Positions 53,987 to 63,465 of a stretch of DNA of 64,000 bases are shown in pieces. This DNA is from an uncultured Gemmatimonadales bacterium (lineage in GTDB: Bacteria; Gemmatimonadota; Gemmatimonadetes; Palauibacterales; Palauibacteraceae). The stretch lies in assembly GCA_963783385.1 (NCBI GenBank), contig CAWANJ010000009.1:224001-288000 (forward strand). The letters run 5' to 3'. The first letter of the stretch is position 1; the number at the start of each line of letters is the position of its first letter. A model generated the notes under the pieces. The model saw only the letters and a list, made by a program, of their open reading frames with translations, was not told where the DNA came from and did not search any database. Both the position numbers and the translations under genes were made by a program.

Positions 53987-54700
53987 ATGATGGGGAGCAA
54001 GCCAGCCAGGTCGGAGACGGTCCGGTCGGGCCGGACACGACTCGCTCCGGAAGGACGGGCGCTGGTGGCCGTGGCCGCCGTGCTCGCAGCGCCGGCCCTG
54101 CTGGCGGCGCTCGTCGTGGACTCCTGGACCGTGTGGATCGTCGCGGGCGGCCTCGCGGCCCTGACCGCCAGCCTGGCCTTCTTCTTTCGGGATCCCGTAC
54201 GAACGGGCCCTCGTGGAGAGGATCTCGTGCTGTCGGCGGCGGATGGGCTGGTGCTCGGGACGGCGGAGGTGGACTCGGCGCCCTACCTCGAGGGACCTGC
54301 CCTGCGGGTCTCGGTGTTCCTTTCGTTGCTGGATGTCCACGTCAACTGGATTCCGGTGTCGGGCCGCGTCGAGTGGCGCGAGGATCGAAGCGGAGGCTTC
54401 GAGCCGGCCTGGCGCGAGAGCGCCAGTTCGGGGAACGCCAGTGTGGCGCTCGGGATTCGTCGGGACGACGGGCACAAGGTGGTCGTTCGCCAGGTGGTGG
54501 GATTCGTGGCCCGGAGGATCGTGAACCACGCGCACGAAGGGGACCGCGTCGAGCAGGGGGAGAGGATGGGCATAATGCGCTTCGGCTCCCGGGTGGACAT
54601 CTTCCTGCCCCCCGATGCCGAGGTCGTGGCCGTCAGGGGAGATCGTGCCGTCGGGGGGACGACCGTACTCGCCCGTCTCGGGCCTCCGGGGGACGGGTGA
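53987..54700 (+). CDS. psd: phosphatidylserine decarboxylase proenzyme (short type)
   Basis: FFFRDP, SAADG, FLSLLDVHVN, RFGSRVD (self-cleavage GS). Confidence 0.92.
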   Translation: MMGSKPARSETVRSGRTRLAPEGRALVAVAAVLAAPALLAALVVDSWTVWIVAGGLAALTASLAFFFRDPVRTGPRGEDLVLSAADGLVLGTAEVDSAPYLEGPALRVSVFLSLLDVHVNWIPVSGRVEWREDRSGGFEPAWRESASSGNASVALGIRRDDGHKVVVRQVVGFVARRIVNHAHEGDRVEQGERMGIMRFGSRVDIFLPPDAEVVAVRGDRAVGGTTVLARLGPPGDG

Positions 54701-55551
54701 CCGACGCCACGGCGGACCGGCCCGGGGGGCGCCGAGCGAGCCGACCGTCGTCCGGGCGGCGGGCCCGTTCGGTGCGCGGCCGGCGCCGACGTCGCGCGGT
54801 GCTGGTGCTTCCCAGCGCGTTCACCCTCGGCAACCTGTTCTTCGGCTTCTGGTCGGTGATCTCCTCCTTCCGCGGGCAGTTCGACCTGGCCGCCTGGCTG
54901 GTCATGATCGCGGCCGTGTTCGACTGGCTGGACGGGCGAGTGGCGCACCTGTCGGCCGGAGACAGCACCTTCGGTGGAGAGCTGGATTCCCTGGTCGATC
55001 TGGTGAGCTTCGGGATGGCGCCGGCGATCCTCACCTACGCCGCCTTCCTGCGCGAGGAGTGGTCGTGGCTCATTTGCGGGGCCTTCGTCGGCGCCATGGC
55101 CGTGCGACTGGCTCGCTTCAACGTCGAGCAGGCCGGGGGCGCGAAACGGTACTTCCTGGGGCTGCCCTCACCGGCGGCGGGAGCGTTACTCGCCATGCTC
55201 TACCCGTTCAGCACCACCGCCCTCTTTCAGCGGCGGCTGGCGGGGTGGCCATGGGCGACGATCGTGCCGGTCTCGGTGGTGGCGCTGGCGGTCCTCATGG
55301 TGAGCCACGTACCCTACGCCGCCCTGCGCCCCGGACTGCGCGGTCGCAGGGCGAGGCTCGGCCTGGCCGGACTGGTCGTGGCGCTCGTGCTGGTCGCCGT
55401 GGCGCCGGAGGAGACGCTGTTCCCGATCCTGGCGTTCTACGTGGTGTTCGGGTTCGCCAAGGCCCTGGGCATGGGACTGGTCGATCGGCTCGCCGGCCGC
55501 GCCGAGGTGGAGGCCGAGCTCTCCGGCAGCGAAGGGGAGGCGGACGCATGA
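54697..55551 (+). CDS. pssA: CDP-diacylglycerol--serine O-phosphatidyltransferase
   Basis: PSAFTLGN, DWLDGRVA...FGGELDSLVDLVSFG, RLARFN, FLGLPSP. Confidence 0.92.
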   Translation: MTDATADRPGGRRASRPSSGRRARSVRGRRRRRAVLVLPSAFTLGNLFFGFWSVISSFRGQFDLAAWLVMIAAVFDWLDGRVAHLSAGDSTFGGELDSLVDLVSFGMAPAILTYAAFLREEWSWLICGAFVGAMAVRLARFNVEQAGGAKRYFLGLPSPAAGALLAMLYPFSTTALFQRRLAGWPWATIVPVSVVALAVLMVSHVPYAALRPGLRGRRARLGLAGLVVALVLVAVAPEETLFPILAFYVVFGFAKALGMGLVDRLAGRAEVEAELSGSEGEADA

Positions 55552-57098
55552 CCGTGGAGGAGTCGATGACGATCGAGGACGCCCGGGACGGCGCGGCGGA
55601 CGGACCGTGCGCGTCGGGCACGGATGCGGCCCCGCCCGCCCTCGTCTCCACCATGCTGAGGTTCTCCGGCGAGGTCACGACAAAATCGAGAGGCACCCGG
55701 GTGCGCTTCCAGCGGCGTCTGGCGAGCAACCTCGAAGAGGCGCTCGCGGCGCATGGACTGCGAGGGGAGGTGGAGGCGGATTGGAGCCGCATGTATATCG
55801 CGGGGGAGGAGGGCCTGCTCGACGTCCTGCCCCGGGTATTCGGCGTGAGCTCCTTCTCGTCGATCGAGGGCGCGTGTCCGGCGCGGCTCGACGCGATCGT
55901 GGAGCTTGGACGGAAGCTGTTTGCCGACCGGGTGAAGGGACGGCGGTACGCCGTGAACGCGCGCCGCAGCGGCCACCACGACTTCAGCTCCTACGACGTG
56001 CAGAGGGAGCTGGGCGCGGCGCTCAATCCAGGGGCCGTCGTCGATCTGGACGATCCGGAGGTCGAGGTGCGGGTGGAGGTGCGCGACGAAACGGCCCGGC
56101 TGTTCTCCGAGCGTCGCTCCGGGGCGGGGGGATTGCCGCTGGGAGTGCAGGGACGCGCCATCGCTCTCCTGTCGGGGGGATACGACTCGGCCGTGGCGGC
56201 CTGGATGGCCCTGAGGCGCGGCATCGAGCTCGACTACGTGTTCTGCAACCTCGGAGGCGGAGCGTACCGGCGCATGGTCACCGAGGTGGCCCTCGTTCTC
56301 GCCCGGCGCTGGAGCTACGGTACGCGACCCACCCTGCACGTCCTCGACTTCGGAGAGGTCGTCGAAGCCATGCGTCGTGACGTCCGTCCGTCCTACCTGC
56401 AGGTGGTCCTCAAGCGCCTCATGTACCGGGCGGCGTGCAGCGTGGCCTCCCGGTGCGGGGCCAATGCGGTGGTCACGGGAGAGGCGGTCGGCCAGGTGTC
56501 CTCGCAGACACTCGCCAATCTCCGGGCCATCAATGGGGCCTCCGACCTTCCGGTCCTGCGGCCCCTGATCGGGTTCGACAAGCTGGAGATCATCGAACGC
56601 GCGCGCGCGATCGGCACCTACGACCTGTCGTCCCGCATCAGGGAGTACTGCGCGCTGGTGCCCGAGCACCCCGTGACGGCGGCGACGCCCGAACGGGTGG
56701 AGGCCCAGGAGGGTCGGCTCGATCCATCGGTCCTCCAGGCTGCCCTGGCGGGTCACGATCGGCTCGATCTCCGCTCGATCGGCCCGCGAGAGGTCGTCAC
56801 GGCCAACCTCTTCCTGGACCGGGTGCCCGACGACGCCGTGGTGCTCGATCTGCGCGCGCCGGAGGAGTACCGGACATGGCACTGGCCCGGGGCCCTGCTG
56901 CGCGATGAGGAAGAGCTGTCGCGCGGGCCCTCGGGGTTGGACCGAGAACGCCCGTATCTCCTGTACTGCGAGGCCGGCACGAGGAGCGCGCACGCCGCGG
57001 AGCGTCTCCAGCGCGAGGGTATCGAGGCGTACAGTTTCCGGGGCGGAGCCCCGGCTCTGCGTCGGCGTGAGGTGGCGGTCTCCCGGGGGGGCGCGTGA
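55548..57098 (+). CDS. thiI: tRNA 4-thiouridine synthase with THUMP, PP-loop and C-terminal rhodanese domains
   Basis: GEVTTKS, GGLPLG, LLSGGYDS, GQVSSQTL, LRPL, REYC, YCEAGTRS. Confidence 0.92.
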   Translation: MTVEESMTIEDARDGAADGPCASGTDAAPPALVSTMLRFSGEVTTKSRGTRVRFQRRLASNLEEALAAHGLRGEVEADWSRMYIAGEEGLLDVLPRVFGVSSFSSIEGACPARLDAIVELGRKLFADRVKGRRYAVNARRSGHHDFSSYDVQRELGAALNPGAVVDLDDPEVEVRVEVRDETARLFSERRSGAGGLPLGVQGRAIALLSGGYDSAVAAWMALRRGIELDYVFCNLGGGAYRRMVTEVALVLARRWSYGTRPTLHVLDFGEVVEAMRRDVRPSYLQVVLKRLMYRAACSVASRCGANAVVTGEAVGQVSSQTLANLRAINGASDLPVLRPLIGFDKLEIIERARAIGTYDLSSRIREYCALVPEHPVTAATPERVEAQEGRLDPSVLQAALAGHDRLDLRSIGPREVVTANLFLDRVPDDAVVLDLRAPEEYRTWHWPGALLRDEEELSRGPSGLDRERPYLLYCEAGTRSAHAAERLQREGIEAYSFRGGAPALRRREVAVSRGGA

Positions 57099-57856
57099 GG
57101 GCCGGGGCGTCGGCGGTCGAAAGCGCCGCGGAGCTGCTGGCCGCCGTGCGCGCGGGAGGCGGCCCTCCCGCGCACGTGGCCGTGATCATGGATGGCAACG
57201 GCCGTTGGGCACACGAGCACGGGCTGGCGCGCTGGGAGGGACACCGCGAGGGGATGGCGGCGGTGCGCGAGACGGTCGAAGGAGCGCTGGAGGCGGGCCT
57301 GGCGCACCTCACCCTGTACGCCTTCTCGAGCGAGAACTGGTCGCGTCCCGACGAGGAGGTGGCCGCCCTCATGGACCTCCTGCAGGAGTTCGTGGACAGC
57401 GAGAAGGAGGAGCTGCGCAGGAACGGCGTGCGCGTGCGGGTATTCGGTGAGCTGGACCGCCTGTCCGAGTTGGCACGTGCGGCGGTCCGCGACCTCGAAG
57501 ACCACACCCGCGACGTGGACCGCATGCAGCTCCACCTGGCGATCAGCTACGGCTCGCGGCAGGAGATCGTCGCGGCGGTCCGCGCTCTGGCGGCCGAGGT
57601 CGCGCGAGGCGCGCTGCGGCCCGAGGCGATCGACGAGGCGCGGTTCGCCGGGGCGCTGTACACGTCGGAGTGGCCCGATCCCGACCTCCTCATCCGCACG
57701 TCGGGAGAGATGCGGATCTCGAACTTCCTCCTGTGGCAGATCGCCTACGCGGAGATTCACGTGACCGACGTCCTGTGGCCGGACTTCGATCGCGCCGACC
57801 TGTTCCGGGCGATCCTCGACTTCCAGGGCCGCGAGCGGAGGTTCGGGGGTGTCTGA
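57095..57856 (+). CDS. uppS: undecaprenyl diphosphate synthase
   Basis: HVAVIMDGNGRWA, YAFSSENW, DLLIRTSGEMRISNFLLWQ. Confidence 0.96.
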   Translation: MRAGASAVESAAELLAAVRAGGGPPAHVAVIMDGNGRWAHEHGLARWEGHREGMAAVRETVEGALEAGLAHLTLYAFSSENWSRPDEEVAALMDLLQEFVDSEKEELRRNGVRVRVFGELDRLSELARAAVRDLEDHTRDVDRMQLHLAISYGSRQEIVAAVRALAAEVARGALRPEAIDEARFAGALYTSEWPDPDLLIRTSGEMRISNFLLWQIAYAEIHVTDVLWPDFDRADLFRAILDFQGRERRFGGV

Positions 57857-58787
57857 CGCCGCGGGAAGTCCGTCGGAGATCGCGGCGACGGCCCGGACGC
57901 CGTCGTCCGCGCGGAGTCCCGGGACGAGCGGAGGCCGCGGCGGGGGGGAGCTTGGTATGCGCCTCGTGGTCGCCGGACTGGGGATCCCGGTGTGCGTCGC
58001 GGTGGTGTGGGCCGGAGGGCTCGTGTTCGCGGTAGGTCTGGCGATCCTGGCCGGGGTCGGCATGGGGGAGTACGTGGCCATGTTCCGGTCCAGGGCCTCG
58101 CGGATCGGCGATGCGACCGGCCTTCCGTTCCGCGTCTTCGGCGTCATCGCGGCGGCGTGCCTTCCGCTGGTGGCCTACACCCTGGGGCTGCAGGCGACCT
58201 GGGCGGCCGTGCCCGTGCTCCTTCTCGCGGCGGGCGCCTACGCGCTGGCAATGCGGCCCCCGGAACGCGGGCCGATCGCGGCGGCGTCGCTCACGGTGTT
58301 CGGGGCCGTCTACCTGGGCGGCCTCCTGGCCTTCGGAGTCCCCCTGCGGCAGGCGCCCGGCACGGGCCGGCTCGCCGGGACGCTCCTGTTCTTCCTGCCG
58401 GTGGTGGTGACCTGGCTCGCCGACACGGCCGCTTACTTCGGCGGTCGGAGGTGGGGGCGAAGGAAGCTCGCGCCCCTGGTCAGCCCCAACAAGACCGTGG
58501 TCGGCGCCGTATCGGCGGTGGTGGCCGGCCCTCTGGTCGCCGTGGCGTATGGTGCGCTGCTGGCGCCACTCGGCGGGCTGCGGCTGGACCCGCTCCTCAC
58601 CGTCCTGTTCGGCCTCGCCGCGGCCGTCGCCGGGATCATCGGGGACCTGGTCGAGTCCCTGGTCAAGCGGGAGTGCGGGGTCAAGGATGCCTCGCGCATC
58701 CTCCCGGGGCACGGCGGGATCCTGGATCGGCTGGACTCGCTGCTGTGGGTCTTCCCGGTGGCCTACCTGTTCTTCGTGGCGAGCTGA
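57849..58787 (+). CDS. cdsA: phosphatidate cytidylyltransferase
   Basis: DTAAYF, SPNKT, GDLVESLVKR, KD, PGHGGILDRLDS; start may be internal (ATG 57957). Confidence 0.93.
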   Translation: MSDAAGSPSEIAATARTPSSARSPGTSGGRGGGELGMRLVVAGLGIPVCVAVVWAGGLVFAVGLAILAGVGMGEYVAMFRSRASRIGDATGLPFRVFGVIAAACLPLVAYTLGLQATWAAVPVLLLAAGAYALAMRPPERGPIAAASLTVFGAVYLGGLLAFGVPLRQAPGTGRLAGTLLFFLPVVVTWLADTAAYFGGRRWGRRKLAPLVSPNKTVVGAVSAVVAGPLVAVAYGALLAPLGGLRLDPLLTVLFGLAAAVAGIIGDLVESLVKRECGVKDASRILPGHGGILDRLDSLLWVFPVAYLFFVAS

Positions 58788-58796
58788 AGGGCGCCC

Positions 58797-59957
58797 GTGC
58801 GCGGCGTCGTCATCCTCGGTGCCACGGGCTCGATCGGCCGCTCCACGCTGCGCGTCATCGGTCGCCATCCGCACCTCTTCCGCGCCGTGGCGCTCACGGC
58901 CCGTCGCGATGCGGCGGGGCTCGACGCGCTGGCCTGCGAGCTGGACCCGGAGTTCGTAGTGCTGGCGGAGGAGCCGGATGCCTCCTTCCGGCCCCGCTGG
59001 CGAGGCGAGTGGCGCGTGGGACGCGAGGCCCTGGTCGCGGCCGCCTCGGCCCCCGGGAGCGATGTGGTGGTGAACGGGCTGGTCGGGGTGGCCGGGCTCG
59101 AGCCCACGATCGCGGCACTCGAGGCGGGTCGCAGGCTCGCACTGGCCAACAAGGAGTCACTGGTGGCCGGCGGTGCGCTGGTCATGGAAGCGCTGCGGCG
59201 GGGAGGAGGCGAGCTCCTTCCCGTGGACAGCGAGCACGGCGCGGTGCACCAGTGCCTGGCAGGTCGGCCGGTCGAAGAGGTCCGACGCGTCGTGCTCACC
59301 GCGTCGGGAGGGCCCTTCCGCACCCTGCCGGCGGAGCGCTTCCACGAGGTGGGCCCGACGGACGCGCTCGAGCATCCCACGTGGGATATGGGCGCCAAAA
59401 TCACGGTGGACTCGGCGACGCTGGCCAACAAGGCGCTGGAGGTCATCGAGGCCCACCACCTGTTCGGGCTGCCCTACGACAGGATCGACGTGGTGGTCCA
59501 TCCCGACTCGATCGTGCACTCGATGGTCGAGTTCCGGGATGGCTCGGTTCTAGCACAGATGGGCCGACCGACCATGGAGGTGCCCATCCTGTACGCGCTC
59601 GCCTACCCGGATCGGCCAGCCGAGGAACGGCCGCTGTTCGATCCGGTGGCGGCCAGTCCGCTGACCTTCGAACGTCCGAGGAGGGAGGACTTCCCACTCT
59701 TCGGGATCGGGGTGGACGCCGGCCGGGAGGGCGGGGTCGTGCCGGCGGCCTTCAATGCCGCCAACGAGGTGGCCGTGGCCGCGTTCCTCGAGGGAGCGCT
59801 GGCCTTTCCGGACATCGCGGAGGTGGTGAGCGTGAGCCTGGAGCGCCTGGATCGAACGCCGCTCGAAACGCTGGCCGACGTGCGGCGGGCCGACCGGGAG
59901 GCCCGCCGGCTGGCGTCCGGAGAGGTCGAGCGCCGCGCGCGGAGTCGTTCGGCGTGA
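58797..59957 (+). CDS. dxr: 1-deoxy-D-xylulose 5-phosphate reductoisomerase
   Basis: LGATGSIG, LANKESLV, PVDSEH, TASGGPF, HPTWDMGAKIT, NAANE. Confidence 0.96.
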   Translation: MRGVVILGATGSIGRSTLRVIGRHPHLFRAVALTARRDAAGLDALACELDPEFVVLAEEPDASFRPRWRGEWRVGREALVAAASAPGSDVVVNGLVGVAGLEPTIAALEAGRRLALANKESLVAGGALVMEALRRGGGELLPVDSEHGAVHQCLAGRPVEEVRRVVLTASGGPFRTLPAERFHEVGPTDALEHPTWDMGAKITVDSATLANKALEVIEAHHLFGLPYDRIDVVVHPDSIVHSMVEFRDGSVLAQMGRPTMEVPILYALAYPDRPAEERPLFDPVAASPLTFERPRREDFPLFGIGVDAGREGGVVPAAFNAANEVAVAAFLEGALAFPDIAEVVSVSLERLDRTPLETLADVRRADREARRLASGEVERRARSRSA

Positions 59958-60000
59958 GGACGGTCGCACGGAGACCGGTGGGGGAGGGGAGGAGACGGAC

Positions 60001-61383
60001 GTGCTGACAACCCTGCTGGCCACGGGCATCGTGCTCGGCGTGCTCATCTTCGTGCACGAGCTGGGACACTTCGCCGCGGCGAAGCTCGTGGACATCGAAG
60101 TCCCGCGCTTCTCCATCGGCATGGGGCCCAAAGCGGTCGGCTTCCGATGGGGCGAGACCGAGTACGTCCTCTCGTGGCTGCCGCTGGGCGGCTACGTGAA
60201 GATGGCGGGCATGGGCGAGGAAGAGGCGTTCGAGGGCCTCGAAGGGGGACCGGAGGAGGGGAGCGAGCACCGCGAGCCCTCGGAGCGGGACTTCGACGCC
60301 AAGCCCCTGCCGGCGCGCGCACTCGTCATCTCGGCCGGCGTCATCATGAACGGGCTGTTCGCGGTGGTGGCCTTCACGGCCATCGCGGCCATCTGGGGCG
60401 TGCCGCCCGTGCCACGCTCCCGGCTGGGCGGGGTCGACGAGGCCGCGCTGCCACCGGGGACGTTCGCTCTCGCCCGGGTCCCCAGCGGCAGCGATATCGA
60501 CTCGATCGACGGAAAGGCCGTGCAGAACTGGAACGATCTCACCCTGGCGCTGGCCACGGCCGAGGCGGGCCCGGTGAGGATCCACTTCCGCGACGTCGGT
60601 GCGGTCACCATCCCGATGCCCTCGACCGACTCGCTGCGGAACGCGCTCATCGGTGCGCTCCAGCCGGACCTGACGCTTCCGGCGCTCATATCGGAGGTCC
60701 AGAGCGGCTCTCCGGCCGACTCGGCGGGGTTCGAGGTCGGTGACCGGGTGGTCGAAGCGGCCGGACGGCCCGTCAGCGGCTGGCAGGCTTTCGTCCAGAT
60801 CATCAAGGAGCGACCGGGTGAGAGGCTGCCGGTCGTGATCGAGCGGGACGGCAGCAGGGTGTCGCTGACCGCGGTTCCGGAGCCCCGTTCCGTCACGGCC
60901 GGCGACGACACGCTCCGCTTCGGCTACCTGGGCGTGGGCTTGAGCAGCGGCGTGCTGGCCCGGGAGCTCGCGCCCGTGCGGGTGGGACCGCTCGAAACCG
61001 TCCAGGTGGGGCTCTCGGAGACGTGGCGCTGGATCCGGACGACCGTGGACGTGGTCGTCGGTCTCGTGACCCGAACGGTGTCGACTCGCAGCCTCGGCGG
61101 GCCCATCCTGATCGGGAAGATCAGCGGTCAGGCGGCCCGCATGGGGCTGTCGGCCCTCCTCCGCTTCATGGCCATCCTGTCGATCAACCTGGCCATCCTG
61201 AACCTCATGCCGATCCCCGTCCTGGACGGGGGACACCTCATGTTCCTGGCCATCGAGGGCGTGCGCGGACGGCCCCTCAGCCTGGACACGCGGCTGCGGT
61301 GGACGCGGGTGGGCCTGTTCATCGTGGCGGCGATCATGATCTGGGCGATCGCCAGCGACGCCCTCCGGCTGTTCGGGGGCTGA
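60001..61383 (+). CDS. rseP: RIP metalloprotease RseP
   Basis: HELGH, PLGGYVKM, PDZ domains, NLMPIPVLDGGH. Confidence 0.95.
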   Translation: MLTTLLATGIVLGVLIFVHELGHFAAAKLVDIEVPRFSIGMGPKAVGFRWGETEYVLSWLPLGGYVKMAGMGEEEAFEGLEGGPEEGSEHREPSERDFDAKPLPARALVISAGVIMNGLFAVVAFTAIAAIWGVPPVPRSRLGGVDEAALPPGTFALARVPSGSDIDSIDGKAVQNWNDLTLALATAEAGPVRIHFRDVGAVTIPMPSTDSLRNALIGALQPDLTLPALISEVQSGSPADSAGFEVGDRVVEAAGRPVSGWQAFVQIIKERPGERLPVVIERDGSRVSLTAVPEPRSVTAGDDTLRFGYLGVGLSSGVLARELAPVRVGPLETVQVGLSETWRWIRTTVDVVVGLVTRTVSTRSLGGPILIGKISGQAARMGLSALLRFMAILSINLAILNLMPIPVLDGGHLMFLAIEGVRGRPLSLDTRLRWTRVGLFIVAAIMIWAIASDALRLFGG

Positions 61384-61396
61384 GGCTCCCTCCCGA

Positions 61397-62236
61397 TCAG
61401 CGCCGGGCGGCCCGGAACAGGTCCAGTTGCGGGCCGCGGCCGGCACGGGCGACGAGGCCGGGAAGGTCGAACAGCGGGGTAGGGTCGTCCTGGTCGGCCA
61501 CGTGTACGGCACCCTTCCAGCCGCGGGCGTGCAGCGCCCCGGCCACGATCCCGCGGGCCCGCTCGGGGTCGTTGCACTCCTGGCTCAGGTGCGCCAGGAG
61601 GATCCCGCACAGGCCCGGGTGCAGGAGCTCGACGGCCAGCTCGGCCGCCATCCGGTTGGACAGGTGGCCGCGGCTGCCGCCAATGCGCTCCTTGATCGCC
61701 CAGGGGTAGGGGCCCTCGCGCAGCAGCACCTCGTCGTGGTTGGCCTCCAGGACCAGGAAGTGGCAGCCGGCGAGGGCGGCTCGCACGCCCGTGGTGGGTC
61801 GGCCCAGGTCCGTGGCGACCCCCAGCTTCAGGCCCGACTCCCCACCGGTCACCGTGACGGCCAGCGGATCGGCGGCATCGTGGCAGGTGAGGAAGGAGGT
61901 CACCCGGAGGGCCCCCACCTCGAAGCGTGCTCCGGCCTCGAAGGTCCGAACCTCCTCCTGCCCGCGGAGCAGGGAGGCACACGCGACACGCGTGGCCGGG
62001 CTCATGAACAGCGGCCACCCCCAACGCCGCGCCGCCACGCCCGCCCCGGCGGTGTGGTCCCGGTGGTCGTGGGTGACGATCACGGCGTCGATGCCGCCCG
62101 GGTCCACTCCCAGCGCTTCCAGGCGCCGGGCCAGCTGCGCGCCGCTGAACCCCGCGTCCACCAGGACCCGCGTCCCGGCCTCCTCGACGTACAGGGCGTT
62201 GCCCCGGCTGCCGCTTCCGAGGCTGGCGACCCTCAC
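61397..62236 (-). CDS. MBL-fold metallo-hydrolase (YycJ/WalJ-like)
   Basis: LGSGSRGN, DAG, THDHRDH, HDA, TDLG, LEANHD, GHLSN, AHLS. Confidence 0.9.
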   Translation of the reverse strand: MRVASLGSGSRGNALYVEEAGTRVLVDAGFSGAQLARRLEALGVDPGGIDAVIVTHDHRDHTAGAGVAARRWGWPLFMSPATRVACASLLRGQEEVRTFEAGARFEVGALRVTSFLTCHDAADPLAVTVTGGESGLKLGVATDLGRPTTGVRAALAGCHFLVLEANHDEVLLREGPYPWAIKERIGGSRGHLSNRMAAELAVELLHPGLCGILLAHLSQECNDPERARGIVAGALHARGWKGAVHVADQDDPTPLFDLPGLVARAGRGPQLDLFRAARR

Positions 62237-63465
62237 GCATCCCCTCCCGAGCTCGCGGCGTCCCACGCGGCCCCGAGCCACCGGCGGGCGCCCGCGGTGA
62301 GCTCGATCCCCCTCCGCTCCATGACCACGGCGGCCGTCGCCAGGAACGACTCGCGGCGGTAGAGGCCGGCGCCCTCGCCGAACCCCCACGCGAACGGCGG
62401 GACCCACTTGGGCGGACGGCCGGGACCGAACAGGTTGGCGCCGGCACCCAGCATCGTGCCCGTGTCGAGCAGGGTGCCGATGGCCGTCTTGACGTGGTCC
62501 CCCACCAGGCAGCCGAGCTTGAGGAGGCCGGTGTCCACCTCCCGTCCCGGCGGACCCACCCGGACGCTCCCGTAGTTGTTCTTGAGGTCGCTGTTCGTCG
62601 TCCCCGCCCCGAGGTTGATCCAGCGGCCCAGGAGCGCGTGGCCCAGGTGGCCCTCGTGGGCCTTGTTCACCCATCCGACCGCCTGGACGTCCGCCACCTC
62701 TCCGCGGAAGTAGCTGGCCGGCCCCGTGGCGAGACCCGAGATCGCCCCACCCAGAAGGCGGCTTCCCGCCCCGGCCCACACGGGCCCCTCCAGCCGGCAG
62801 CCCGCCCGGACCTGGACGTTCCGTCCCAGTCCCACCGGACCGTGTCGCAGGTCCAGCACCACGCCCGGCTCGATCGCGACCCCCTCCTCGACCAGGAGCG
62901 GCTCCTCGCCCATCCGCCACACGCCGTCCGGCAGCACGTGCTCCTGCGGCATCGAGGCGCCGCGGTCCACCAGGTCGCGCGCCGTGCGCTCGGACCCGAG
63001 CCGGACGATATCCCACGGAGCGGACAGCACCCGGCCTGCGATCTCGCGCTCGGTCGCGCCGGGGAGCCCGCCGGGCCGTGCGAGCCACGCCCCGTCTACG
63101 TTATCGACGCCGGGCGGGAGGTAGCAGCCCACGGCCCGGCCATCCGCGACGAGGATCACGGGGCCGTCGCTCTCCTCCGCGCCTGCGGCGGGTGTCGTCG
63201 CCGCAGGAACGAACCGAGAGCTCACCAGCAGCCGGCCCGAAGTGGGCGGCGGGGCTCCCGGCTCCCGGACCGGAGGTGCTCCGGGTTCCTCGAAGGAGGC
63301 GAGCCACGGACGCGTGACGAGGTGACCGTCCGCGTCCCGGCCGACCCACGACTCGACCCGCTCGCGCAGGAGAAGGGCTCCGAAGCGCAGCTCGCCAATG
63401 GGACGGGTCAGGGAGAAGGGCGCCCACCCGTCGGCGACCGCGTCGTCGAACAGGTACAGCTTCAC
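62233..63465 (-). CDS. GlmU-related putative sugar nucleotidyl/acetyltransferase with left-handed beta-helix
   Basis: PFSLTRP..ELRFG N-terminus, NKAHEGHLG, NLGAGTTNSDLKNNY, KLG...GDHVKT. Confidence 0.85.
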   Translation of the reverse strand: MKLYLFDDAVADGWAPFSLTRPIGELRFGALLLRERVESWVGRDADGHLVTRPWLASFEEPGAPPVREPGAPPPTSGRLLVSSRFVPAATTPAAGAEESDGPVILVADGRAVGCYLPPGVDNVDGAWLARPGGLPGATEREIAGRVLSAPWDIVRLGSERTARDLVDRGASMPQEHVLPDGVWRMGEEPLLVEEGVAIEPGVVLDLRHGPVGLGRNVQVRAGCRLEGPVWAGAGSRLLGGAISGLATGPASYFRGEVADVQAVGWVNKAHEGHLGHALLGRWINLGAGTTNSDLKNNYGSVRVGPPGREVDTGLLKLGCLVGDHVKTAIGTLLDTGTMLGAGANLFGPGRPPKWVPPFAWGFGEGAGLYRRESFLATAAVVMERRGIELTAGARRWLGAAWDAASSGGDA

